From NCBI GenBank assembly GCA_964016885.1, contig OZ024751.1:51646001-51710000 (forward strand): a stretch of 64,000 nucleotides of DNA, written 5' to 3'. A program made the position numbers and the translations under genes. The notes under the pieces were generated by a model that was not told the origin of the DNA, searched no databases, and saw only the letters and a program-made list of their open reading frames with translations. Position 1 is the first letter of the stretch. Each line of letters opens with the position of its first letter. This DNA is from Eledone cirrhosa (Eukaryota). Positions 1 to 13,256 of the stretch are shown here, one piece after another.

Positions 1-1
1 C

Positions 2-215
2 ATAGGCGCACTAGGTACTATCTCAAAAAGTTTCCAGGGATGGTTAAAGAAAATTGGTCCCGCCACGCTTTTTGGAACGCTTCAAAAGGCATGCTTGCTG
101 GGAACAGCAAGAACCCTCCGATACGTCCTGAATATCTGAGGCTGCAGGTAGTGGCTTGATATTCATTTCAACAAACTTTTCAATTAACTAACATCAATGA
201 CTGAGACTCAAAGAA
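2..215 (+). mobile_element. 3' end of an RLE-type (R4/Dong-like) non-LTR retrotransposon, element 1, cut by the window edge
   Basis: Frame 2..139 reads IGALGTISKSFQGWLKKIGPATLFGTLQKACLLGTARTLRYVLNI*, homologous to the C-terminus of the next element (VGALG...IQKIILMGTAHILRKILSI*). A short 3'UTR follows, then (TAA)n. Confidence 0.8.
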
Positions 216-216
216 C

Positions 217-297
<81 letters not shown>

Positions 298-301
<4 letters not shown>

Positions 302-1211
302 GGAAAATACCCAGAGCGAGCTAACAATCCTGATGTTGACAAAACTTTAACCCATCAGTGGTTGGCATCCTCTGGACTGAAATCGGAGACTGAAGGACTG
401 ATTATATCGGCACAAGATCAGTGTCTGCCAACAAAAAATTACCAAGCCAACATAATAAAAAATGGGTGCAGCCCATTATGCCGTGTATGCAAAAAACAAC
501 CAGAGACCATTGACCATATAATTTCAATGTGCAGTCCTATAGCTCCAACCGAATACCTAAACAGGCATGACAGAGCTGCACAATACATACATTGGATAAT
601 GTGTAAGCATTTTGACCTGCCCCATCAAAAGAATTGGTGGGAGCATCAACCACCTCCCATACTTGAAAAAGATCACATCTCAATCTTGTGGAACTTTAGC
701 ATCCAAACAGACCGAAAAATAGATGCAAATAGACCTGATATAATATTGAAGGACTTTCAAATGAGGGTATGCCTGCTAATTGATATGTCTGTTCCAATAG
801 ACAAGAATGTATCTATAAAAACATTTGAAAAATTGAGCAAGTATAAGGACCTGGAGATAGAAATTGGAAAAATGTGGAAATTGAGAACTAAAACAATACC
901 AGTGGTTGTAGGCGCTCTGGGAATGATACCTAAGGGATCTAACGACTACTTATCGCAAATCCCAGGAAACCCGCGTATAGGAGAAATACAAAAGATAATA
1001 CTAATGGGAACTGCCCATATACTAAGGAAGATCCTGTCAATATAAGTACATCACAAGTCTAAACACTAAGGATGCATGTGTGAATATGTATGTTCTTTCT
1101 TGAACATGGCGGACCTTGTTGTCTCTTGAGGTCACTGGTTGTGACTTGGTGATAACTCGTATGAACATAAAGCAAGATAAATGCAAATAATAATAATAAT
1201 AATAATAATAA
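298..1211 (+). mobile_element. 5'-truncated R4/Dong-like non-LTR retrotransposon (CCHC finger plus restriction-like endonuclease), element 2
   Basis: The ORF to 1045 has CRVC...ETIDHIISMC, RHD, RPDI...LIDMSVP and K..KY motifs. It is flanked on both sides by (TAA)n. The poly-Ile N-terminus in the ORF track is only the microsatellite. Confidence 0.9.
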
Positions 1212-1488
1212 ATGTGAAAACTAAAATCCAAATAGGGCTCGATAAGGATAAATATATATGAAATATATAAGAACCATAGAGCAAATATTTATTAAAATAA
1301 CAGATTAAAGTTTAAGCAAAGAATCGCTACTTTCACCCTTAACGGGATCTTCTGAGTTTCAGAAGATCCCGTTATGTATATAAATATGCATATATATGTA
1401 ATAATCAGAAGTGATAAATTTCTCACAACAATCCTAACTAGTAAATTAGAGCAGCGATTCTTTGCTTAAACTTTAATCTGTTATTTTA

Positions 1489-1496
<8 letters not shown>
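1212..1496. mobile_element. Fold-back element family A (PLE-terminus-like) with HHR-like motif
   Basis: Inverted arms 1284-1328 / 1453-1496 and an inner hairpin TAACGGGATCTTCTGA-gtt-TCAGAAGATCCCGTTA. Related copies at 35786-35890 and 43073-43125. Confidence 0.7.
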
Positions 1497-1560
<64 letters not shown>

Positions 1561-1767
1561 TAAATAGCTCTGTAGTATACATAGAGCACTCTCCTTTCCT
1601 TTACCCTTCCTACGGAAATACTTCATAGCAGTTCAAATATGTCTGTTATTTATATATTTCAGTAGGAGGGGGACAAGAAGAAATGGAGGAGAAAAGGAGA
1701 ATGAAGAAGAAGAAGAAGAAGATATTCCATGAATATACAGCATACGAAGAAATGTATAGCTAACTAT

Positions 1768-2775
1768 CAACAACAACAACAACAACAACAAAAACAACAA
1801 CTACGAAGGAAGTTAGCGAACTGTCAAAAACAACAACAACAATATACGAAGGAAGTTAGCTAACAACAACAACTACTACGTACGAAGGAAGTTAGCTAAC
1901 AGCAACAAGTACTACGTACAAAGGAGTTAGCTAACAACAACAACGTACGAAGGAAGTTAGCTAACAACAACAACAACGTACGAAGGAAGTTAGCTAACAA
2001 CAACAACAACAACAACGTACGAAGGAATTTAGCTAACAACAACAACTACGTACGAAGGAAGTTAGCTAACAACAACAACTACGTACGAAGGAAGTTAGCC
2101 AACAGCAATAACCACTACGTACGAAGGAGTTAGCTAATAACAACAACAACGTACGAAGGAAGTTAGCTAACAACAACAACGTACGAAGGAAGTTAGCTAG
2201 CAACAACAATGTACGAAGGAAGTTAGCTAGCAACAACCACTACATACGAAGGAGTTAGCTAACAACAACAACAATGTACGAAGGAAGTTAGCTAACAACA
2301 ACAACAATGTACGAAGGAAGTTAGCTAACAACAACAACAACGTACGAAGGAATTTAGCTAACAACAAATACGTACGAAGGAAGTTAGCTAACAACAACAA
2401 CAATGTACGAAGGAAGTTAGCTAACAACAACAATGTACGAAGGAAGTTAGCTAACAACAACAATGTACGAAGGAGTTAGCTAATAACAACAACAACGTAC
2501 GAAGGAAGTTAGCTAACAACAACAACAACGTACGAAGGAAGTTAGCTAGTAACAACAACAACGTACGAAGGAAGTTAGCTAGCAACAATCACTACGTACG
2601 AAGGAGTTACCTAACAACAACAACAATGCACGAAGGAAGTTAGCTAACAACAACAGCAACGTACGAAGGAAGATAGCTAACAACAACAATGTACGAAGGA
2701 AGTTAGCTAACAACAACAATGTACGAAGGAAGTTAGCTAACAATAACAACAACGTACGAAAGAAGTTAGCTAACT
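1768..2775. repeat. Minisatellite (AAC)n-GTACGAAGGAAGTTAGCT, variable unit of about 27-36 bp
   Basis: About 30 tandem copies with a constant core and variable AAC count. Confidence 0.95.
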
Positions 2776-3031
2776 GACAATAGATAATTAGATAGGTAGG
2801 TATGTGTGTATGTAGGTAGGTAGGTGGGTGGGTGAGTAAGTAGGTAGGTATGTAGGTAAATATATAGATCCTTTAGCATTAGACCCTTTATTTCGTAAAG
2901 TTTTTTACACCAGAAAATGTTTTACAATTTTTTGATATATACCAATATATAGCGACATCATTACTATCTCTCTCTCTATATATATATATATATATACATA
3001 TATATAGATATATAGATATATAGATAGATAG

Positions 3032-3360
3032 ATTTCTTTATTAGCCACAAGGGCGCAACAAGAAAAGGGGACAATACAAAGACATGCCGGGGATTTTACA
3101 TACAGTCGTGTAAAAAATATAAAAACAAACAATTTCAACAATCGAAATCCCTAATAGGGGGGAAGGGCCACAAATGGGTTGTTTAATACCCCGTCGATAG
3201 AACAACCCTCAACTCCAGGAGCGTGTTGTGCAAGTGCTCCTTTCTTCCTTTTGCTCTCTTCCTCTATAAACAGAGAAGGCCCAATCACTCGGGCCATTTT
3301 CGCTTCATTCACCCACCTTTCAGTAAATTTACTGGGGTGTAGTGCCTCTCTCTCCACCCT
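3032..3360 (-). mobile_element. Short 3' fragment of a Tx1-like LINE
   Basis: Diverged paralogue of 3368-3735. On the minus strand it ends AATAAAGAAA followed by (TCTA)n. Confidence 0.75.
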
Positions 3361-3361
3361 G

Positions 3362-6353
3362 ATAGATATGTTTCTTTTATTTGCCACCAGGGCATCAAAA
3401 GTGGGACAAGTACAATGGGGGGAGTTTACAAAACAAGGCGTCCTCAATCAGGAGGAGGCAATAACAAAATATAAAAATAAAATAAAATATAACAAAAAAT
3501 AAAATTTATAACAAAATCCTCAATAGAGAGGAGGCGCCTTGGGGGGTCGCTCACACCCCCGAAAAAAGTGTGCAACCCTTCTCCTCAGGAGCACAGAGAG
3601 GGGGTGCTCCCTCGTTCCTTCCTCTTTTCCACCTACAGGCTTATGTAAAGAGAAGGCCCATTCACACGGGCCATTCTCGCCACTTTCACCCACCTTTCAT
3701 AAAACCGACTGGGGTGGAGCACCTCTCTCTCCATCCTGATCCTTCTTCCGAAATGATATCGGAAGAAACGGACCAGTTGTTAGCCAGAGAGAAAGGTGCC
3801 TGACCTCAGTCCTTTTAGACGCGTCCACCATACAACTTCTTTCACCATGGCTATTACGCACAGAAACACCGCCTCTCCTTCATCTTTGAAGGGGGAGGCG
3901 GCTTGATCATTACAATAGACTCGGTGGTCAACCGGATCGGTCCCACCCTTGACAGCAGTTGTTCGACATAGCCCCACAGATCGGCTACGCCCGAGCAGTG
4001 TACCCATGCGTGTGCAACGGTTTCCTCGTCGCACACGCATCTGGGACAGATCTTTTTGGCGGGGTCCCTACCCGGGCGCCCGAGTCTGTAGAGCTTTTCT
4101 CGAACGGGTAGAGCCCCTCGGTAGCACTGCCAGGACAGGGACTTCTGGAAGTTGTCCATAGGCAAGACACTACGGTCAGGCGGTAGTAGATGACGGACGC
4201 TATATAGGTGTTCGCCACCTCCGCCCGACCTTTCAGGGACAGTTTGCACTCGGCCCACTTCAGGGTCAGTGCAAACACCCTGTTCGTTACCTCACCCCAG
4301 TTCTTCTCCACCTGGAGGTCTGGTCCGAACCAGACCCCGAGCAACTTCATCGGGCCCTCCGTCCAGCGCCCGACGACGCCATCGGAGGGCATCGGTCTGC
4401 CCCTCCACATGCCGAGTTGCAAACCGATCGACTTGTCCCGGTTCAGCTTAGCCCTTGAAAACCTTTCGTACTCCTCTAGTAAGGTGCCGACCGCCCCGAT
4501 TTCGGAGGCCGTCGATACCATTACTGTCACGTCATCGGCGTAGGGCGACACCGCTTTCCGCAATCCCGGTTCCAAAGGGATGCCCTGCAACAACTCCAAC
4601 TTCCGCAGTAGTGGCTCGAGAGTCAACACATACAGAAGGAAGGAGAGAGGGCACCCTTGTCGGATGGACCGCGCGATTTTGAACGGCTCCGAGAGGTAGC
4701 CGTTCACCTTGACCCTAGAGCAGATGCGGCTGCTGTGCATAGCAGTGATCCAGCCCCTGAAAACGGGTCCGAAGCCTGCCGCCGCTAATACCGCATCCAG
4801 GTAACCATGGTCGACGCTATCGAACGCCTTAGATTGATCCAAGTTGATCAGAGCCCCACCAAAGCCGGGTTCGTTCCCAACCCTCTCTATGATGTATCGC
4901 ATGGGGTGGAGGTTGTCATGGATGGACCTGGACGGGATAGCACATGTCTGCGCATCTCCCACCAGGTTGCCCACGACAAGCGCCAACCTCTTTGCTAGCA
5001 CCTTGGCCAAAATCTGTAACTCTGTATTTAGCAGAGTTATGGGCCTGAAGTTACTTATTTCGTCCCTCTTGTTCTCGTCCTTCCTCACTAGCGTGACTAC
5101 GCCCTTGGTCACAGTACAGGGAATTCTCCCGTTCTGTTGCCAGTTGCAGTAGACCGCCTCGAGGAGATCGGGGAACAAGTCCGGCATAGCTAGATACAGT
5201 TCGTATGGAAGACCATCGAGACCCGGGGATTTGCGTTTGCCGCATTGGCTCAGCACGTCCTCTATCTCAGCGGCCGAAATCTGCTCCTCGCAGGACTTCG
5301 CCTCCCTGTCCGAGAGACGCGGCAGGCCGTCGAGGTATGGACCGAAGTGCACATCCCCAACCGGCTCCCCGCCCCTTCCGAACAGTCGGGCAAAGTGCCT
5401 TTGAAAGGCCTCACACATCTGCTTAGGCTCAAGAATCGCCCGTCCATCCTGGTCTCGCAAAGACCGGATGGTGGATTTAGTTCCACTGTTGGCCTTTGTC
5501 ACGCGGCCCCAGCTAACAGCTTTGGTCCCCTCGTTCCCTAGAGCACGTATTTTACTTCGGACAACGCAGCCTTCGTGCTTCGCGTCGAAAACCTGGCTCA
5601 AAGCCGTTCTCGACGCTAGCACTCTGGCCACGTCGCCGCTTCTAATTGCCTCTTCTACTCTATCTATTAGCTCCCTTTCCTTCTTATTCCTATCCGCAGC
5701 TGGAACCTTACTAAATTCTATCGAGACTACTCCAATCTCTCTCTTTAGAGATACCCACCACCTGCTGTTGACGATCGCTCCAGTCAACCGTTCCTTAACT
5801 AATGTACTAATCCGATCCCTGTAAGCTCTACTTGCCGGCAAGGACAAGTTGAGCTTCCAGTAACCGGGGCCCTGTCTATGCGTTCTATCAAGGTTGACCA
5901 TGCAGGTCACCAACTTGTGGTCTGAATAGCCAACCATGAGCATTTCTGGACAATTTAAAAAGTCCCTGTCCTTATTTCTAACTAAAAACCTATCTGGGTA
6001 CGACCTAGATGACCCGCTGCGATTTGACCAAGACCAGGTTGGCACCGTCGGAAAATCTAGTCGAAATCTATCGGCCAAGTCAAATCGGCCGAGTAACCCC
6101 TTGAGGCTATTGCACCCCTCTCTATCGGGACATGCCCCTGCATAGTCCCAACGTGCATCCAGGATACCATTCCAGTCCCCCACTAAAAGCAGGGAACAGG
6201 ACGTCCCTATAAAAGACTCCAGACGCTGGAAAAAGTCGGGCCGCTCTGTCCCAAAAGGGGAATATGCGGCTACCAGCCTAAAGGCTCCACCTTCACCACT
6301 GCCAAGGTCCAGCACCACCAGTCGACCCCCTGGGTCCAAGTGAACTATCTGTG
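3362..6353 (-). mobile_element. 5'-truncated Tx1/L1-clade LINE ORF2 (APE endonuclease, reverse transcriptase, CCHC finger), disrupted
   Basis: ORF 3985-6441 has GDWN, SDH, KSPGLDG, FRPITLLN, LDQSKAFD, RQGCPLS and YADD. After a deletion/frameshift near 4160, ORF 3854-4258 gives CPRC...ETVAHAWVHC. Flanked by GATA repeats; the IYLS N-terminus is microsatellite. Confidence 0.93.
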
Positions 6354-6861
<508 letters not shown>

Positions 6862-7393
6862 GGATTGATAAATAAATTACTTGTTTCTGCACAGTGACTT
6901 TTTATTAGATTCCAATCGCAGGTAACTAATCAGAAGTTATAGTCGCTCAGTTGTCTAACGATCAAATCATTACAACATAATAATTGCTGAATTTGAAATA
7001 ATTCATTTAAAACTCCTCCCCTTCCATTTGTGCCCTTAACATGTATATTTTCTATTGTTTAATGATTAATCAAGTTCTGAATGGCAAGTGGTTTATTTCA
7101 TAGCCTTTATCGGGGTCACTATAACTGGTGAAAGAAAGGGAGGGTGTTATATTCAGACCGGATTCTGCTAATGACAATCCTAAGTACCGGGTGGTGGAGT
7201 TAAACCGAGCCAAAATTTATGGTTACCACTCAAAAATATGAATGACAAGTTTCTATAATCCGTCAACGAAATTTCCCCGATCAAATCCGAGGCTATGGTA
7301 AATTAACATTGGCCCAACGAGCCACGGAAAAGTGAAACGTACTTGTTTTTTTTCCTTACTCTAATTGTTATTATTATAGTTGTTGTTGATAAG

Positions 7394-7640
7394 GGCGGTA
7401 GATTGGCTGTATCGGTAGAGCATCAGATAACATGCTTTGTGGCATATAGTTATGCATATAGTTACGCATATAGTATGGCATATAGTTACGCTCTGAGTTC
7501 AAATCTCGCCAAGTTTAGCATTCCCGTTCATCCTTACGGAGTCGATAAAATAAAGTACCAGTAACGTACTGAGGTCGATTTAATCGATTTCCCCTCCGTT
7601 TCAACTTGCTGAAATTCTGCCAAATGTAGAAATAATTGTT
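7394..7640 (+). mobile_element. tRNA-derived SINE
   Basis: A-box-like TGGCTGTATCGG, B-box GAGTTCAAATC and body motif GTCGATAAAATAAAGTACCAG shared by more than 10 copies in the window. Confidence 0.8.
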
Positions 7641-8041
7641 ATTGTTGTTGTTGTTGTTTTGTTTTTGTTTTTGTTTTTATTTGTTTGTTTTTTTGTCCGT
7701 GTCTGTTAGTTAATGGACACACTTGACCAATCATTCATCCATTATCTTCCACCTCCACACTCTGTCTCCGCTTTAGTCGTTATGACAACCTATGCAATTG
7801 TGTTTATCATTATTGTTAAGAAAAACAGCGCAACCATTATAACACTTAGTGCAGCGCCAACCCCCACTCCCCCTCCTCCACCAATCACCTTCTTCCTGAT
7901 TAGCTCAAGGTCTCAGACATATAAGCTAATTTATTGTCATAAGGTTGTTATTGATATTGTTATTGTTATTGTTATTGTTGTTTGATATTGTTGTTGTCAT
8001 TGTTGTTGTTGTTGATATTATCGTCATCGTTATTATTGTTG

Positions 8042-8096
<55 letters not shown>

Positions 8097-8963
8097 TATT
8101 GTTGATGTTGACTACTGATTTGGTTTTTGTTGTTGCTGTTGTATCACCCAAGGTCAGCTCTAATTCAGCACTCCCATACTCAAAGTCATTCCATTTGTGA
8201 CCATCCCAACTTATATTCAGACACACTGTATCTATGTTCACATTAAGCAAGCCTTCCTTTCCAACCATGACCATCTCGTCTTTATGTATATCTAGAAATA
8301 CATTGACCGGTGCATCTTTAATCTTTTTTAACCGATAGAATGGGAAATGAGGAAGAATTGGTGGCTATTTCAGTATATCTAGTGGAGTACATTCTGTTGA
8401 AAGTATTTGGGTCAGATATTGGGTTTGAGGATGACTTCCTCTATTCCTCCCACCAATCGTAGAGGTCTCGAAAAAGAAAGAATCTTAAATGCTGCACTTT
8501 TCTTATTGATTAACAAGTTTTGCGTTGGCATAACGGCAGTCTGGCGACTAAAACCATTATTTCTCTGTAACAAAGGTTCCTAACATTTTCACTACTAAAT
8601 ACGTCGTTTATTTAAAAGAACTATTTCACGGACATCAGGTTTTTGAAAAGTTTGTCTGATTAAGAAGTTCGCGGATCTTTAGAGATCTGCAGAGCACAGA
8701 TAGAGAACCGCCGCTATGTGGTTCGTGGTACTAACTAAGCTACTAGTAAGTAATGACACATGATCCAACTACTAATAGTTAATGATACTCTTGATAACTA
8801 ATGACACTAGCTCAGCTCCTTTTTCACTAACATCTCTTTTTCAATAGTTGAGACTAAATATTTCTTTTAATAATTTGAAATAAAGTTGGCGGATTGGCAG
8901 AATTGGTAGAGCGTCGGCGAAAATGTTTTGACAATTACAAGACATCAGATGTACTTTGTTTGT

Positions 8964-10365
8964 TATACAGGTGACAGAATACACAGGTGCCAGAATATAC
9001 AAGTGACTTCCTCTATTCCTCCCACCAATCGCAGAGGTCTCGAAAAAGAAAGAATCTTAAATATACAGGTAACAGAATATAGAGGTGACAGAATATACAG
9101 GTGACAGAATATACAGGTGACAGAATATAGAGGTGACAGAATATACAGGTGACAGAATATACAGGTGACAGAATATAGAGCTGACAATATACAGGTGACT
9201 GAATACAGAGGTGACAGAATATACAGGTGACATAATATACAGGTAACAGAATATACAGGTGACAGAATATAGAGGTGACAGAATATACAGGTGACAGAAT
9301 ATACAGGTGACATAATATACAGGTGACATAATATACAGGTGACAGAATATACAGGTGACAGAATATACAAATGACATAATATACAGGTGACAGAATATAC
9401 AGGTGACAGAATATACAGGTGACAGAATATACAAATGACATAATATACAGGTGACAGAATATACAGGTGACAGAATATACAGGTGACAGAATATACAAAT
9501 GACATAATATACAGGTGACAGAATATACAAATGACAATATACAGGTGACTGAATACAGAGGTGACAGAATATACAGGTGACAGAATATACAGGTGACAGA
9601 ATATACAGGTGACAGAATACAGAAGTGACATAATATACAGGTGACATAATATACAGGTGACATAATATACAGGTGACATAATATACAGGTGACATAATAT
9701 ACAGGTGACAGAATACAGAGGTGACAGAATATACAGGTGACAGAATATACAGGTGACAGAATACAGAAGTGACATAATATACAGGTGACAGAATATACAG
9801 GTGACAGAATACAGAAGTGACATAATATACAGGTGACAGAATACACAGGTGACATAATATACAGGTGACATAATATACAGGTGACATAATATACAGGTGA
9901 CAGAATATACAGGTGACAGAATACACAGGTAACAGAATATACAGGTGACAGAATACAGAAGTGACATAATGCACAGGTGACATAATATACAGGTGACAGA
10001 ATATACAGGTGACTAAATACAGAAGTGACATAATGCACAGGTAACAGAATATACAGGTGACAGAATATACAGGTGACTAAATACAGAAGTGACATAATAT
10101 ACAGGTGACATAATATACAGGTGACAGAATATACAGGTGACAGAATACAGAAGTGACATAATATACAGGTGACATAATATACAGGTGACAGAATATACAG
10201 GTGACTGAATACAGAGGTGACAGAATATACAGGTGATATAATATATAGGTGAAAAAATATACAGGTGACATAATACAGAGGTGACAGAATACAGAAGTGA
10301 TTATATACAGGTAATAGAATATGCCATATATATATACCATATATATTTGGGCTGATATACAGGTG
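8964..10365. repeat. 16-bp minisatellite AATATACAGGTGACAG
   Basis: About 80 tandem copies with 16/18-bp variants. Explains the three overlapping minus-strand ORFs. Confidence 0.95.
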
Positions 10366-10429
10366 GCAGAAGCAAGCGGTGAGAGTCGCATCGAACTAGT
10401 TCTCTTCGTACAAGTGATTGGTTGAACAA

Positions 10430-10840
10430 AAGGAGACGATCGATGCAATTTTTTTTTCTAAGGTCATGAAATAGCGAGAACAAAGAGACCATCATAATGA
10501 TTGCTAATTTTGTAGTGTTAACATAATTGGGTTTTCCGCAAAGAACAAACACAACGTTGTCTATTCAAACCTGTTTTCGGCACGTAGACCTGTCTAACAT
10601 GATGAATCAATGCCTGTTCCCTTTTCTCTCAAATGATTGACTAGCTTCTATATATGACGATATGGCCAGTGATGAACGTGTAATTGATAGAAGTGCTGGA
10701 CTCTTTCCAAATCCTAAATACATATCCGAGGAATGTTTAGAGCCAAGGTTATTTATTCAAGAGCGTTTGAATAATATTGTTAAAGTTTTATCACTGACTA
10801 AAGAGAAAGTAAAACTTCTTAGTTCTACGCTCTCTAAGAT
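10430..10840 (+). pseudogene. Degraded DNA-transposase N-terminal fragment (probably CMC/Chapaev3-like)
   Basis: Manual translation *REQRDHHNDC*FCSVNIIGFSAKNKHNVVYSNLFSARRPV*HDESMPVP, then EPRLFIQERLNNIVKVLSLTKEKVKLLSS. This resembles the WREP..H..DCYFC / LNDLVRDL.LSK pattern. Family assignment is from memory. Confidence 0.55.
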
Positions 10841-10941
10841 CAAATCCCACCAAGGTCAATTCTTCTATCTCATCCTTTCGATGTCGATAAAAAAGTACCA
10901 GTTCAGTCCATTCTTTCTCTGTATGCCTTCCTCGTGTTTTA

Positions 10942-10973
<32 letters not shown>

Positions 10974-10989
10974 TCACCCTCTCTCTATA

Positions 10990-11078
<89 letters not shown>

Positions 11079-11083
<5 letters not shown>

Positions 11084-11920
11084 ATACATAAACAGAAAGA
11101 GCCTTAAGCTATACTCTGACTGGCAACCATCTCACTCAACAAACTTTAGGATATACCTTAGTATAATCCCAATTATATGTTTGGGATGCTAACTATATGT
11201 ATTTTGTGGAAAGCCAGCTGTATTATTTTATATGAGATACAATTAAAATTAAAATATATATCTCTCTTTCCAAACAATTGTTTCATTATAAGTTTTTTAC
11301 AAGTTGGGATAATGTATCCGGGTTATGTAAAAGCCAACATATATTTCCGTAAGAATACATGCAGGTGGGCACTTATAAATCATCAGTGGACGCCCGTAAA
11401 ACATTGATACAAGAAAAAATTCCTTACCGATGTTATTTTTTGTGTTAGCTAACCATCTCTTCATGCAACATAATGAGCGCCAAATTTGAAATTCCAGCAG
11501 TCTCAGAAAGAGGAATTTCACAGCGTCACGAAGCGGAAAAGGGAGGTAATCGCGAAACACAAGAAAGTAAAATAAAATAATATACACGCGGGTGAAATAA
11601 ATTCCTTCAACAAATTTAAACCCGCGTGTTAAGAACTCAATTAGATTTTCAAAAAAATAAATGTAAGCATGTATTAAATATACACGCATATAGATATTTT
11701 CTTAGGCTAAAAACAGAGACATGATATCAGAATAACGATCAATATTTCATACCAACAGTAAATACGGAAAGTTACGCTTAAAAGATATCTGGAAAAAATT
11801 TTATCTCTGGCCAAATCAAGAGTAAAGTATTTAATACATAAACAGAGAGAGCCTTAAGCTATACTCTGACTGGCAACCATCTCACTCAACAAACTTTAGG
11901 ATATACCTTAGTATAATCCC

Positions 11921-11927
<7 letters not shown>
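11079..11927. mobile_element. Family G: element with ~97-bp direct terminal repeats in (TA)n
   Basis: 11079-11177 matches 11829-11927 with one mismatch (TTTAATACATAAACAGA...CCCAATTATAT). Both flanks are (TA)n. Confidence 0.7.
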
Positions 11928-11996
<69 letters not shown>

Positions 11997-12033
11997 ATCT
12001 AACTATCTATTTATCTTTCTATCTACCTCACTA

Positions 12034-12133
12034 GAAGAAGAAGAAGAAGAAGAAGAAGAAGAAGAAGAAGAAGAAGAAGAAGAAGAAGAAGAAGAAGAAG
12101 AAGAAGAAGAAGAAGAAGAAGAAGAAGAAGAAG
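12034..12133. repeat. (GAA)n microsatellite
   Basis: Perfect trinucleotide run. Confidence 0.95.
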
Positions 12134-13064
12134 CTTACTTGCAAATTAAGCCACACTTATTGTAAATGTACCGCCGAGTGCGTAGCGGTAGAACCATCTC
12201 ACAAGTGTATACCTCCAACTATGTCTGTCTGTATACATCGATGTTTCTCCATCGCCACAGGACTTTGAAGAAACTCAAAATAGCATGTGTTTGTACTAGA
12301 CACATGCTACCCTCTAAGTATCAACATCCAGAATCCAATGACAAACAGATGCAAGATGATCGGGAGCTCCATCAACTTCAGGTTTTACCAAATGCTGGTG
12401 TTGATTTAATCAACTAACCTTCCTTCCCTTTAATTTCTAGTTTTGTGCCTAAATTAGAAACCATCATTAATGTATAAAGCACAGGACTATAATCATGTGG
12501 ACGAAATCTCTTACAAAGTTATGGAATGTTTGTCAACGACTTCTTACTCAATAGTAAGCTTCAGCTTTTTTATGGTTGAGTTTTATTTGATAGGTTCTTC
12601 GTGACTGCGATACTAGAAGTTAGAAAATATATAAGAAATATTTAATGTGAAAATCTCTTGTGAGACTTTTCACTAAATCTTGTTGATTTCTATAATTAAA
12701 TCACATTAAAAATTGAAGTATTCACTCTAATACTGCAAATTTCACAACAATCAGTCCAGTAATAAAGATATTATAAGCATTTGAATTAAGACTCTAACAT
12801 TTAGAGGTTTTCTGCCAAATCATTACACGATGTTCAGTCATTAATCTATACGAAGCTGTTTAATGTATTTGTCGACACAACTACCCCACATTACACCCAC
12901 AGAAACGTAAGATTATTAATTCATTAAATAAATATCAAAAGAATGACATTACCAACGGTTGTTGTGTTAGTTAACTGATCTAACATTAAAATAACATGAA
13001 ACCAGTTACTTTATTTATATCAACTTAAATATACGACAATAACCAAGCACACATAATCATTAAT

Positions 13065-13256
13065 CAGCATTTTGGAGTGGGGGGGTTGCTCGATTATACC
13101 GGTCCTAGTGTTTGACCGGTACTTTATTTTATCAACCTCGAATGGATAAAAACTAAAATTTATCTCTGATGGATTTGAACTCAGAATGTAGACATCCATA
13201 ACAAATACGGTGAAGTATGCTATCAAACGTGTTGATGACTCTACCAATTCACCGCT
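13065..13256 (-). mobile_element. tRNA-derived SINE
   Basis: Reverse complement of the body motif (GGTACTTTATTTTATC) and of the B-box (GATTTGAACTC). Confidence 0.7.

Noticed and set aside
4208-6145. Plus-strand ORFs overlapping the LINE
   Set aside because: Antisense shadows of the GC-rich RT frame.
7100-7340. Unique, GC-richer segment as a possible exon
   Set aside because: Manual translations gave only short frames with no recognisable domain or convincing splice pair.
7394-7520. SINE heads as tRNA genes
   Set aside because: A/B boxes are present but there is no cloverleaf, and each continues into the shared SINE body.
8963-10448. Cys/His-rich 320-360 aa ORFs as proteins
   Set aside because: All three frames give the same periodic peptide from a stop-free 16-bp unit.
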